From the IMG/VR virus record IMGVR_UViG_3300046792_000149: a DNA stretch of 37,282 nucleotides; one strand, given 5' to 3'. Under the pieces are notes generated by a model that saw only the letters and a list, made by a program, of their open reading frames with translations, was not told the origin of the DNA and ran no database searches. This DNA is from a virus. Shown piece by piece: positions 22,215 to 30,879 of this stretch. Position numbers and translations under genes: made by a program. Within the stretch, counting starts at the first letter, position 1; every line of letters starts with the position of its first letter.

Positions 22215-22342
22215 TGTTCGCGTCGGTCTGCTACGCCTGGCATCTCGATAATGGCTGGAACGTCGTCCATGTTGGACTGCGACAGCATCAAGGGCTGGCC
22301 TACATGGCGTTTTGGCGAAGATGGAACGGAGGGCGCAAGTGA
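22214..22342 (+). CDS. Small hypothetical protein (42 aa) bracketed by junction repeats
   Basis: The ATG at 22214 overlaps the upstream TGA (TGATG) and has a GGAGGGG SD with an 8-nt spacer. Trp-rich (MFASVCYAWHLDNGWNVV...). Confidence 0.35.
   Translation: MFASVCYAWHLDNGWNVVHVGLRQHQGLAYMAFWRRWNGGRK
22326..22342 (+). repeat. Gene-junction direct repeat, copy 2
   Basis: See 22197-22214. Confidence 0.85.
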
Positions 22343-22641
22343 GCGACGTGACGGCCGAGGAGATTGAGCGGGAGCGCGACGCCGCGCACGCGATGGTGAC
22401 CGAGGCGTATCGGATATTCGGATGGGGAATCCAGGAGCTTGCGGTCATGCAGGAATCCATCGCCACCGCCCTTGCCGTTCGCGCTCGAGAGGCGCGACGG
22501 GAGGCGCTGAAGGAGGCGCGGACGGCCGTCGATGGCGAGCAGTTGCACGAGATTGTCGATAATGAATGCGACCGCGGCTATCGAAACGCCATCGATGACG
22601 CCTGTGGAGCCATTCGCGCGCTCATGGGGCCGGAGACGTGA
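22339..22641 (+). CDS. Hypothetical protein (100 aa, GTG start)
   Basis: The GTG at 22339 overlaps the upstream stop (GTGA) and has a GGAGGG SD with a 5-nt spacer. Helical and charged. Confidence 0.5.
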   Translation: MSDVTAEEIERERDAAHAMVTEAYRIFGWGIQELAVMQESIATALAVRAREARREALKEARTAVDGEQLHEIVDNECDRGYRNAIDDACGAIRALMGPET

Positions 22642-22946
22642 GCAACCACTCGACAAAGCGCGACGCGAATCAAGCCGAAATCGTGGCTGCCCTGTTCGCC
22701 GCGGGGTGTTCCGTTCAGGACTTGCACGCGGTGGGCGGTGGATGTCCGGACTTGCTGGTGGGTCGCCTGGCAGATGGCGGGTTTCGCCGTTGCTATCTGC
22801 TCGAGATTAAGATGCCGAAAAACAAGGCCGGCGAGCCGAAGCCGCTGACCCCGGACCAGGTCAACTGGCATTGGATGTGGCGCGGTCAGGCCGCTATCGT
22901 GACGACGCCCGAGGAAGCGTTGCGCGCGGTGGGACTGCTACCGTAA
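22638..22946 (+). CDS. VRR-NUC domain nuclease (PD-(D/E)xK), 102 aa
   Basis: QAEIVAALFAAGCSV...GGGCPDLLVG....CYLLEIKMPK...LTPDQVNWH..WRGQAAIVTTPEEA matches the VRR-NUC pattern (PD ... E-x-K ... Q-x2-W). Confidence 0.7.
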   Translation: MSNHSTKRDANQAEIVAALFAAGCSVQDLHAVGGGCPDLLVGRLADGGFRRCYLLEIKMPKNKAGEPKPLTPDQVNWHWMWRGQAAIVTTPEEALRAVGLLP

Positions 22947-22950
22947 TGGA

Positions 22951-23640
22951 TCAGGGGCACGTATAGACCGCCATCCCCCACGGCCCTGACAGCCCATACT
23001 CGTCCGGCTCGGCCCAGCAATCGACAGGCACGCCGGTGGCGCCCGAGACGACCAGCTTCAGCGGCGACCCGTAGGGCAGGCCCGGCTTGACGATGCCATC
23101 GCCGATGATGAATGTGGGAAAGTCCGTCGGTTGCCCGGTGTAGTCGTAGGGCGTGTGCGTGCCGGTGCAGTAGTGGATCACAGAGTACCCCGACAAAATC
23201 GGGCACTGAGGGTAGTAGCCGACAATGATTGCCGCGGGAGTCCACGTCAGGTGCGTCGGGTTGTTGCCGTCGCTCGAGATGTAGACTTGCGCCGGGCTCT
23301 GACCCTGGCAGGGCGCGTAGGTCGGCCCCGTCGGCGTGTGGCTGCACGCGAAGGCGAAAGAGCCCTGTAGCGGCGAAACACTGAACCAGCGCGCCGAGAA
23401 CGTCGGGACGATGGTCCGGCCGATATGTCCCGTACCGGTATTGACGTCTCCGCGCCAGCGCTCGCGGTGGGAGAAATCCTCGCTGGCTACGTCCAGGTAT
23501 CCCCAGCTCGGGATCGGATTGGTCACCAAGAAAGGGCCATGGCCGCTCTCGTCGGTTGTGACGAAGTCGGCGGCATGGGCGGCGCCGCATGCAGCAAGGG
23601 CGATAAACAGGGCCAAAAAGAAGACGATGCGTCGAGACAT
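22951..23640 (-). CDS. Secreted or lipoprotein Cys-rich protein (229 aa), last gene of the late operon
   Basis: Signal peptide MSRRIVFFLALFIALAACGAAHA, with a lipobox-like LAAC or an AHA-A cleavage site. The mature part is Gly/Pro/Thr/Tyr-rich with 8 Cys. It is preceded by a 125-bp non-coding gap. Confidence 0.6.
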   Translation of the reverse strand: MSRRIVFFLALFIALAACGAAHAADFVTTDESGHGPFLVTNPIPSWGYLDVASEDFSHRERWRGDVNTGTGHIGRTIVPTFSARWFSVSPLQGSFAFACSHTPTGPTYAPCQGQSPAQVYISSDGNNPTHLTWTPAAIIVGYYPQCPILSGYSVIHYCTGTHTPYDYTGQPTDFPTFIIGDGIVKPGLPYGSPLKLVVSGATGVPVDCWAEPDEYGLSGPWGMAVYTCP

Positions 23641-23765
23641 GAGCGGCTCCTTGTGTCAAGGCCCGCGCGCGCGTCATCGTCGGCCCAGCCGACTGCATCC
23701 CGTTCGCGCGGGACGTGGTTGGTAGGCTCCGCTCGGCGTTGATAGCGCCGGGCGGGGCCGTTACT

Positions 23766-24113
23766 TCATGGGTGCGCGGCTCGCCACGCCTTGAGGTTGG
23801 CCACGACAGGGCTGTACGCGTCCGCCGTGAGCGCCAGCGTCGTTTCGCCAGCCTTTGACTGCAGCGCCCCAATAGCGTCGTCTGCGCCTTGCTGGAGCAC
23901 GCACAGCGCGAATCCGAGCGCATCGATGGCGGCCAGCGCTTCGGCCTGCACCGGGTGAGATGCAGCCTCTACGATGGCCATCTCTTGCGCCGTGGTCGGC
24001 TTGCATGCATCGGCGACGGACACGACGTGCGCGCAGCCGTGCATCATGAGCGCGGCGATGAACGCCGCGACGACGGCAGCCACGATCATGAGAATCTTGA
24101 GAAGTCGCGTCAT
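23766..24113 (-). CDS. Membrane-anchored / lipoprotein-like protein (115 aa), spanin-like by position
   Basis: N-terminal hydrophobic helix ending in ...MMHGC. Located two genes downstream of the holin-like gene. Confidence 0.35.
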   Translation of the reverse strand: MTRLLKILMIVAAVVAAFIAALMMHGCAHVVSVADACKPTTAQEMAIVEAASHPVQAEALAAIDALGFALCVLQQGADDAIGALQSKAGETTLALTADAYSPVVANLKAWRAAHP

Positions 24114-24123
24114 GGTGCTCCTT

Positions 24124-24369
24124 TTACTTCGGGCCTGCGAATCGGATCAGCTCCACTAGCCCGGCCCCTTGCTTGATGAGCTCTGCGAGGTCGTCCGCGA
24201 GACATGTCGCAAAATATTCTCTGTCAGAGTCTGTAAGTTGCTCGAGCAGTGGAACAGCCCGGCTAACGTGCGCTGCGCCAATTGCAAATTGAACGGCGGC
24301 GCTGGCTCTAATTCCGGCGGGCGTACCAGGGTCAGTGGGTTCGTCACGGTCATCTCCGTAGTGCGACAT
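24124..24369 (-). CDS. Hypothetical protein (81 aa) in the lysis region
   Basis: Acidic N-terminus, no TM segment, no recognisable hydrolase motif. Confidence 0.45.
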   Translation of the reverse strand: MSHYGDDRDEPTDPGTPAGIRASAAVQFAIGAAHVSRAVPLLEQLTDSDREYFATCLADDLAELIKQGAGLVELIRFAGPK

Positions 24370-24375
24370 GATGAA

Positions 24376-24558
24376 TCACGGCGCCTTGTCCTTTGGTGTC
24401 TCGGCGCGGCTCTGCATTGCGTTCCCGCCAGCAATCCCGGCGATGGCCAGCGCGAAGCCCACCACCTTATCCAGCGAGCCCTGACACGTGGTGCTGACCT
24501 CGCACGCCATGACCACCGCCGCGGCGATTGCGATCAGTGCTACGTGCTTCCATGTCAT
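24376..24558 (-). CDS. Holin-like small membrane protein (60 aa)
   Basis: Two hydrophobic helices (VALIAIAAAVVMA; VVGFALAIAGIAGG) and a charged C-terminal tail (RAETPKDKAP). Positioned after the tail fibre genes. Confidence 0.45.
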   Translation of the reverse strand: MTWKHVALIAIAAAVVMACEVSTTCQGSLDKVVGFALAIAGIAGGNAMQSRAETPKDKAP

Positions 24559-24567
24559 CGGGTGTAC

Positions 24568-25563
24568 CTAGAACCCTAGCGCTCCCCGGATGCCGCCGAA
24601 GACCTTGGCCGCGCCAAAGTCGTTCGGGTGCAATGCGTTCGCGGCGGGCGTCTCCTGATAGTCGGTGTTCACATTCAGGCCCATCGACGTCCCGTCGAGC
24701 GTGATGATCTTCGTACTGGCCACTGCGGCAATCGCAGCCGTGATTTGCGCGCGGTACTGACCCAGCGTCGTCGCGCCCGTCTCGGTCCCTCTCGTGAGCG
24801 GCGTAACCACAAGTAGCTTGTTCAGGTTCGCCATCGCGACCATGAGGGCAAATTGGGTCGTCAGCTGCGCCGTCAGGGACGGCAATTGACCGCCGTAATC
24901 GTTGGTGCCCAGCAGGATGCAAATGTCGAAGGTGGCCGCGCCAGCAACGTGACGAGCGAAGCGAGAGATAAGCGATACGTTGTCGGACCACATCGTATAT
25001 GTGGCGCTTCCCATGGCCTCGACGGTCACGCGACCCGGATAGTACGTGCGGAGAAGGCCGAGAATATCGGTCACGCCCAGTGGCGACGTCCCGGTATTGG
25101 CCGGGATGATCGAATCGCCGAAATAGATCATCTTGCGGGCTGCAACGATCTTGGCCAGCTTGATGTTCGTCCCGGCGATTCCCAGGATGCTGCCCGTACT
25201 GACCATCGCGGCACCACTGAGGCCGCCTTGGCCTCCTTGAATCTCGACGACGTGATCTCCGGCCGACATGCCCAAGAACGTGTACCAGGCGACGACGCTC
25301 GCGGTCGGCGTGATCTTGCCGGCGTAAACTCCATCGACAAAGACCGGACAGTCATTGAAATTGGCGACACCGGCAATCACCGAATCGCGCGCAATTCGCA
25401 CCTGGAACGACGTCCCAGAGCAGGTGAACCGCAGACGCGGACATTCGGTGCCGCAACAGAATCGGTCCGTGCCGACGACGGTAGTTGTCGCACTGGTCGG
25501 GACCAGCGTGTTTCCAATGCCGTCGGTGAAATCAGCGGGCTGAATCGGGATGTAGTTTGTCAT
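24568..25563 (-). CDS. Tail fibre/spike protein with SGNH (GDSL) esterase domain (331 aa)
   Basis: SGNH blocks appear in order: MIYFGDSI (block I, GDS), GTNDY (block III) and ALHPNDFG (block V, His). The N-terminal about 140 aa form a beta-rich putative binding domain. Confidence 0.7.
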   Translation of the reverse strand: MTNYIPIQPADFTDGIGNTLVPTSATTTVVGTDRFCCGTECPRLRFTCSGTSFQVRIARDSVIAGVANFNDCPVFVDGVYAGKITPTASVVAWYTFLGMSAGDHVVEIQGGQGGLSGAAMVSTGSILGIAGTNIKLAKIVAARKMIYFGDSIIPANTGTSPLGVTDILGLLRTYYPGRVTVEAMGSATYTMWSDNVSLISRFARHVAGAATFDICILLGTNDYGGQLPSLTAQLTTQFALMVAMANLNKLLVVTPLTRGTETGATTLGQYRAQITAAIAAVASTKIITLDGTSMGLNVNTDYQETPAANALHPNDFGAAKVFGGIRGALGF

Positions 25564-26406
25564 TTATCCACTCACCGGCCAGATTGCAGAGCACCACGAC
25601 ACATCAGATTGCGTTCCGGCTAGGACGATGCGAACGCAGCCGAGCAGATTGCTGAACGGATTAGCGTTGGGCAGCGACACCGGGGCCTCGCCATCAATGG
25701 AGAATTTGTAGAACCCGCTGGCATCGGCGAACACATAGCCAACGTGCCAGGCGCCGTCGAGTTGCACCGTCGATGGCAAATTGTCGACACCAACACCACC
25801 TCCGGCGTTTGTCTTGTACCCCTGGTAAAAACGGCTGTTGGTGCCGTGCTCGAAACCGCAGTAGACGCCCTTCGGCGCTGCCCCGGTTGACGTCGGGTCC
25901 GACATGCCGAAGAGGCAATAGCCGCCGCCGTCGGTGATCATACGGAACTTGCAAGCCACGCCCCACGGCATGACCTGATCGAGCATCGCCGTTCGTGGGT
26001 TTTGATTGCTGAACGTGCCGGCCAGATTGATTACATAGCCGCGCAGGAGCGAATCGGTCCCGTTGCTGCGGATGAAGGAGTTGCCGTCATATTCGGCGAC
26101 TACGCGCGGGATTGCGGCATTGTTCGCGCCCGCCGCAGTCATGTTCTCTTCCGTCCAGCCGGCGAGGCTGTCGAAGTTGTGGACGAAGTTCTGCGAGCGG
26201 ATCGAATCGAGTCCGGTCAGCGCATAGAGCTTGGCAAGCGATGCCTGAGCCTGGGTCGGGCTGCCTGCGTCGATGATTTGGGGCGGCCCGCCGTCCACGC
26301 TCTGGGCTAGACCAAGCGCGCCTCTAGACACGCGAACGCTACCCTGTGGGCCGACGATGCCGGCTCCCGGTCCGGTGTTGAAGTCGATGAAATCAACGGG
26401 GCACAT
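25564..26406 (-). CDS. Putative tail fibre / receptor-binding protein (280 aa)
   Basis: The ATG at 26406 overlaps the upstream TGA (TGATG). The beta-rich C-terminal region looks like a jelly-roll/lectin-type domain. Called by position next to the SGNH protein. Confidence 0.4.
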   Translation of the reverse strand: MCPVDFIDFNTGPGAGIVGPQGSVRVSRGALGLAQSVDGGPPQIIDAGSPTQAQASLAKLYALTGLDSIRSQNFVHNFDSLAGWTEENMTAAGANNAAIPRVVAEYDGNSFIRSNGTDSLLRGYVINLAGTFSNQNPRTAMLDQVMPWGVACKFRMITDGGGYCLFGMSDPTSTGAAPKGVYCGFEHGTNSRFYQGYKTNAGGGVGVDNLPSTVQLDGAWHVGYVFADASGFYKFSIDGEAPVSLPNANPFSNLLGCVRIVLAGTQSDVSWCSAIWPVSG

Positions 26407-26816
26407 CAGTCGTTTCCTTTCCGCGTGACGCCGATGTTCAGGCCCGTCGCGCTTCCGCCAGCCGAACGCGTCGAGCGCATCCGCATCCACTTCGCCGCGG
26501 GCAACTTGCTGCAGTTGGTGGACTCGGCGATGCTGAATGTGAAGACGTGATTGACGACGGTGGCGGCCGGGGTCGCCAAGGTCTGTTCAGCCGACGGGAG
26601 GATCACCAACGCAATCTGCGCGGCGCTGGGTGCAATCTTGTTCGGGTCCAGCTCCGCCGACAGGCTCGTGACCTCCCAAACGTAGGTCCCGGTAACGCTG
26701 TCCGAGGAGACGTGCCAGCCAACTTCGGTCATCCCCTCGATGTAGACCCAGGGATAGCTTGCCGCGGCGGCGGCGCTGTTTCCGCCGTTGACGTAGTGCG
26801 GATTGGTTGACTGCAT
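26406..26816 (-). CDS. Hypothetical virion protein (136 aa)
   Basis: In-operon, beta-rich composition. Confidence 0.45.
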   Translation of the reverse strand: MQSTNPHYVNGGNSAAAAASYPWVYIEGMTEVGWHVSSDSVTGTYVWEVTSLSAELDPNKIAPSAAQIALVILPSAEQTLATPAATVVNHVFTFSIAESTNCSKLPAAKWMRMRSTRSAGGSATGLNIGVTRKGND

Positions 26817-27367
26817 CAGGAAGCCTTTCGTTGTCGCACGGAGATTTCGCGTCTATCGGCGGGAGTTGCGCCGGTGTCCTGGTCGTCCTTGCCGCCCGAC
26901 GGCTTGCCCTGCGATGCCGGCTGTTGCGGCGGCTCCTGGTAGGCTTTCGCCGCCGGCTCGCCGAAGAGAATTGACAGCGTCTGCTCGGCCCATTGGGCAT
27001 AGGGCGGCGGCGTCTGCGCCATCTCGAGGCGAGCGCCCGCGGCGAGCTCGCCGTATGCCTGCGGCGCTGTGACGGCGAGACATTCGGCCTCGCCAGGGTC
27101 GAGGGTGCCCGAGCGGATCAGCGCTTGGCCGCGACCAGCAGGGTCGAGCGCAACGGCATAGAGCCGATCAATGCGCGCCTGGTCCGGGTCTGACAGGGGC
27201 AACGGCTGGCCCCATTTGTCGAGCTGGACACGCGGGCAGACGGTACGCAGGAAGGCGAGCGCCGGGGAAGACTGGCCACGCTGTTCTGCCTCGGCAGCTG
27301 CGCCCATGAGCTCCGTCGCGTCGACAGGCGCGGGCATCGCGGGAGCGGGCGCAGGAGGCGCCAGCAA
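26816..27367 (-). CDS. Hypothetical virion protein (up to 183 aa; start uncertain)
   Basis: The longest ORF starts with TTG at 27367. In-frame ATGs lie at 27337 and 27307. Pro/Ala/Gln-rich. Confidence 0.4.
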   Translation of the reverse strand: MLAPPAPAPAMPAPVDATELMGAAAEAEQRGQSSPALAFLRTVCPRVQLDKWGQPLPLSDPDQARIDRLYAVALDPAGRGQALIRSGTLDPGEAECLAVTAPQAYGELAAGARLEMAQTPPPYAQWAEQTLSILFGEPAAKAYQEPPQQPASQGKPSGGKDDQDTGATPADRREISVRQRKAS

Positions 27368-27421
27368 CCAGCTTTGTCCGGGATTCAGCGGTGCGAGCCG
27401 CCGATCTGCTTGTGAGCCGTC

Positions 27422-28495
27422 TTATTCACCGGTGATTGCCTTTTTGACCGCCGCGTGGGCCGCTGCCCTGTTACCAACGATATGATACACGGACGTTTGC
27501 GGCACACCAGCATCAATGGCCTTTTGGATCAAGTCCGGTGTCACTGTCCCGGTCTTTGCCGCAACCCGTAAATCCCCCATGATTTCGATCGATGCCTTGA
27601 GCTTGTCTTCGAGGCTCATCGGGTTCTGAACGGGCGCATGGGGAGCCGCAGTTTGCCTGAACGGCGCATTGGCCTCGAGGTCGGCAACCTTCTGCTCGGC
27701 CACCTTTTGGATTGGAACATACTTTTCCGGTACCGTTACCTCCTCAGCAACAGGAGTCGGAACCGCCGCAGCTTCTCCGGCCGCCGCGCGCATCGCCGCC
27801 ATTCGGGCCATGTGGCGTTCCGCCAGCCGCTGAGCAAGGCTGTTCACGCCTTTGTTGATGACGCCGCGGGCCTGGCTACCCGCCAGCGCACCGGCAGCGG
27901 CGCCAACGGGTCCGCCGACCCTGTGCCCGACAACGCCACCGACCGCAGTCCCGACCGCGTCGGCGACCTTGGACATTGCGCCCGGTGCCTTCGTCGGCGC
28001 TGTCACATGCTCGAGCGCAGCTTCGCCGAGAGACGTATCGGCAGACCTGACGGCTCCGGGAACGCCAGGGAGCGCGCCTAGGGCGGCGCCTGCGACAGGA
28101 TGGTCAGGACTCGCTGCGGCTCCGCCGATTGCCCGTGAGAGTAGCGGGCCCGCGATCGGCGCGAGGACCTTGGCCAACCCGCCGGCCGGCAGACCCTGCA
28201 CGATAGACCCAGCGAGCGGGTCGTTCTTGATCGGGTCTTCGCGTTGCGCCCGAGCGTCGATGGCCGCGCGGGCATCCGGGGTGGTGATCAGGTCTTGTCG
28301 TCCCTGTGCCGTGCGGCGCGGGTCGCGCTTGCTGTAGTCGCTGCGCAAGTCTTCGGGCGCAACCTCGTCAGGGGCCACCGCTGGCCGCATGCTGCTCGTA
28401 TCGCGTTGCGCGCGCGCCTGCGGTCCCATGTCTACCTTGGGCGTCCCGGTGTCGCCCTGCAGGAGCGCAATGACCTGCTTGTCTTCGTCGGTCAT
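27422..28495 (-). CDS. Putative internal virion / ejection protein (357 aa)
   Basis: The ATG at 28495 overlaps the upstream stop (ATGA). The Gly/Ala-rich hydrophobic central region (GGAAASPDHPVAGAALGALPGVPG...VGGVVGHRVGGPVGAAAGALAG) suggests membrane insertion. Position matches podovirus ejection proteins. Confidence 0.35.
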   Translation of the reverse strand: MTDEDKQVIALLQGDTGTPKVDMGPQARAQRDTSSMRPAVAPDEVAPEDLRSDYSKRDPRRTAQGRQDLITTPDARAAIDARAQREDPIKNDPLAGSIVQGLPAGGLAKVLAPIAGPLLSRAIGGAAASPDHPVAGAALGALPGVPGAVRSADTSLGEAALEHVTAPTKAPGAMSKVADAVGTAVGGVVGHRVGGPVGAAAGALAGSQARGVINKGVNSLAQRLAERHMARMAAMRAAAGEAAAVPTPVAEEVTVPEKYVPIQKVAEQKVADLEANAPFRQTAAPHAPVQNPMSLEDKLKASIEIMGDLRVAAKTGTVTPDLIQKAIDAGVPQTSVYHIVGNRAAAHAAVKKAITGE

Positions 28496-30051
28496 CGCAA
28501 ATCTTCCTGTGAAATGCCGAATTTCTTCATGGTCAAGTCGCGCAATCCCGGACTGACCTTCCCTGACCTCAGAAGCTGGATAGCCTGCAGCTTCGGCGTA
28601 CCCGGCTGCGCGGTAGCCGTGATTTCGGCTGGCGACTTCTGCGGAACGAACGGCGGCGGCTGCGTGGGAGCGGGAGCGGGAGCGGCGGGCGCGGGCGGCT
28701 TGCCGCGCGTCCCGGCGCTGTCCTTTTCGATCTCCGCGGGAGGGACGCCAGCTAGCGCCAGATGCTCCTTGCGCATGTCCATCATTTCGTGGCGCGTCTC
28801 TTCGATCTTCGAGCGCCAAGCGTCCCACGCCTGTTTCGGCGCGACGAACGAAGGAGGATCGGGAATCGCGTCCGCGAGCTCCTTTGCGTTCGCCTCTCCC
28901 ACGCTCTCTTTCTTAGAGGCCGCATAAGCCGAACGAAATCGCGTCATCTGACCATTGAGTCCTGCCTGCGCCTTGGCGTCGTCCGAGCCTAGGTATTTCA
29001 TCCACTCGGGCGCGTGCTGCTCACCGTTCGCGGTCTTCCCGGTCACGGAATCGAGAATCTTGATAGCCCCATTGATATTGGGCAGGTTCGCTACGGCCGC
29101 ATTGTGCTGGCGCATGTCGGTGCGATTCGGATCGATCGGAAAGTCGGGACCGCCCATGGTGTCGGTAAGGACCCCGGGCGTCTGCCCCGGCTTGCCCTGT
29201 GCCGATCGGAACGTCTCCGAAACCTGCTGTCCCTTGTTCGCGAAATGGCTCTCGACCTTCTTTGCGGTCGGCGCGACCACCGCGGCCATTTCGGCGTTTC
29301 GCTTTTCGCGAAGGGCCTGAATCTCTTTCGAGTTGGTGATTTCGTTGTTGTCCTTACCGAGCGCCGACATCCGCGCTGCCGCAAGCTTGATCAATCGGTC
29401 GTAGGCCGTCGCCGCTGCCTGCTTGCGATCGGCCAACATCTGCTCGCGCGCTTCGTTCGCATCCTTGAGGCCCGTGTGCGCTTGGACCACGGAATCCTTG
29501 AGCTGCGCAATGTGATCTTCCTGTTGTTTCAGGTCGCGATCGATGATGTCGCCAACGGTATTGATGTGCGGCGCGGCTTGTCCGAGACTGACCGCGGCTG
29601 ATTTCTGGGCGGCATCTCCGATGGTGGCCAAACCAAGCCCCAGCCCGCGGAGAACATTCCCCCACGTGTCGCCATGGTGAAACCATCCACTCGGGTGCGT
29701 GTTGTCGAGCACCTTCTGTCGCTGCTCAATACGCGCCTTCGCCGCCGCGATATCGGTGTTCGCCTTACCCGTAGCCTCTGCATCAAGCGTCGCCTGATGC
29801 GCGGCTTCGTTGTACATGGCCAGGTCATGGCCAGCCTGGACATCGGACTGCTTGTTTTTGAGCTCCAGCTCCCGTTTTGCCGTCGCTTCCGAATCGGCCA
29901 GATTCAGATCGCGATGCGTCTCCACCTCGCGCTGCTCGGGGCTGAGGACAGTCGTTGTCGTTCCGCCCGACGTTTCGGTCTGCGGTGCTTCGACGCGCTT
30001 CTCGTATTCGGGAAGCGGAACGCCGATGTATGTGGGGTCGCCTTCAGCCAT
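28492..30051 (-). CDS. Putative internal virion / ejection protein, coiled-coil (519 aa)
   Basis: Long charged helical segments. Called by position between the nozzle-like protein and the fibres. Confidence 0.35.
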   Translation of the reverse strand: MAEGDPTYIGVPLPEYEKRVEAPQTETSGGTTTTVLSPEQREVETHRDLNLADSEATAKRELELKNKQSDVQAGHDLAMYNEAAHQATLDAEATGKANTDIAAAKARIEQRQKVLDNTHPSGWFHHGDTWGNVLRGLGLGLATIGDAAQKSAAVSLGQAAPHINTVGDIIDRDLKQQEDHIAQLKDSVVQAHTGLKDANEAREQMLADRKQAAATAYDRLIKLAAARMSALGKDNNEITNSKEIQALREKRNAEMAAVVAPTAKKVESHFANKGQQVSETFRSAQGKPGQTPGVLTDTMGGPDFPIDPNRTDMRQHNAAVANLPNINGAIKILDSVTGKTANGEQHAPEWMKYLGSDDAKAQAGLNGQMTRFRSAYAASKKESVGEANAKELADAIPDPPSFVAPKQAWDAWRSKIEETRHEMMDMRKEHLALAGVPPAEIEKDSAGTRGKPPAPAAPAPAPTQPPPFVPQKSPAEITATAQPGTPKLQAIQLLRSGKVSPGLRDLTMKKFGISQEDLR

Positions 30052-30879
30052 TTATGCCGCCGCTGCCGGTCCCGCCGCGCTCGCCGCCGAGCTTCCTGAC
30101 CCAGAGGCCAAGCCGCCGAAGAACTGCTGATTCGCCGCGCCGTACTTCTGTTGATTCTGCGCATTCGCCTCGGCGCCGCCCATGAGCGCCTGCAGCGCCT
30201 TCTGCTGTTCATCGGTCAGACCGAGATAGAACGCGTTGTTCGCCTGCTGTTGCTGAAGGTTCGCGGCCTGGTTCGCCTCGGCCTCCTGGACCGTCTGTCC
30301 GCGCGTCTGGGTCGCCAGGTCGCCATAGGCTCCGCGCGCCGTGGCCATCTCCTGCGCTCGCAGCGCGCCCGCGCCCGCCGAATTATTGAGCGCGACCTGT
30401 TGCGCGCCATTTAGGCCAGCGCGCTGCGACATGCCGGGGTTTTCGCCCTGCGTGGTAGCGGCCAGCGCGAGCTGAGACGCCATGCCCTCGTCAGTGCCCT
30501 TGCGGTAGAGGTTTTCCGCTGCGCTGGGTGTCTTGCCCTCGGCCGCATCCTTGTCGAGGCCAAGGGCGAAGTTCTGATTGTTCAGTCCGTTCGGATCGGC
30601 GTACTGGGTTTGCGTGTCTGTCGCGGGGGCATGCCGCGCGCCGCCCCAGACCGATCGCCCGGCAGACTTCACGTCAGTCAGATTCCCGGTCGGCTGCGGA
30701 GCGCTGCCCTCTACGACCCTCGGCGCCGACGTCGGGGTGAAGCCCGATCGCTGGTCACCCAGGCCAGTCGCGAAATCAGTGGTCGCAACGCCCGCCGGTG
30801 ACTTGTTCGGGTCGGGTGGCGCCTTCGGGAGAATCTTTCCGATGGTGTCGTCGTAAAGCGTGTCGTACCAATGGCCCAT
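30052..30879 (-). CDS. Gln/Asn/Ala/Gly-rich low-complexity virion protein (275 aa)
   Basis: The ATG at 30879 overlaps the upstream TAA (TAATG). The C-terminal half is QQQQANN / AANQQFFGG-type low complexity. Confidence 0.4.
   Translation of the reverse strand: MGHWYDTLYDDTIGKILPKAPPDPNKSPAGVATTDFATGLGDQRSGFTPTSAPRVVEGSAPQPTGNLTDVKSAGRSVWGGARHAPATDTQTQYADPNGLNNQNFALGLDKDAAEGKTPSAAENLYRKGTDEGMASQLALAATTQGENPGMSQRAGLNGAQQVALNNSAGAGALRAQEMATARGAYGDLATQTRGQTVQEAEANQAANLQQQQANNAFYLGLTDEQQKALQALMGGAEANAQNQQKYGAANQQFFGGLASGSGSSAASAAGPAAAA

Noticed and set aside
22944-22953. A bidirectional terminator between the convergent plus-strand operon (stop at 22946) and the late operon (stop at 22951).
   Set aside because: Only 4 nt separate the two stop codons, and I saw no stem-loop with a U-tract in the adjacent coding ends.
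25564-26406. Diversity-generating retroelement targeting the lectin-like fibre C-terminus, as in BPP-1-type podoviruses.
   Set aside because: No reverse transcriptase ORF was seen anywhere in the genome, and I noticed no template/variable repeat pair.
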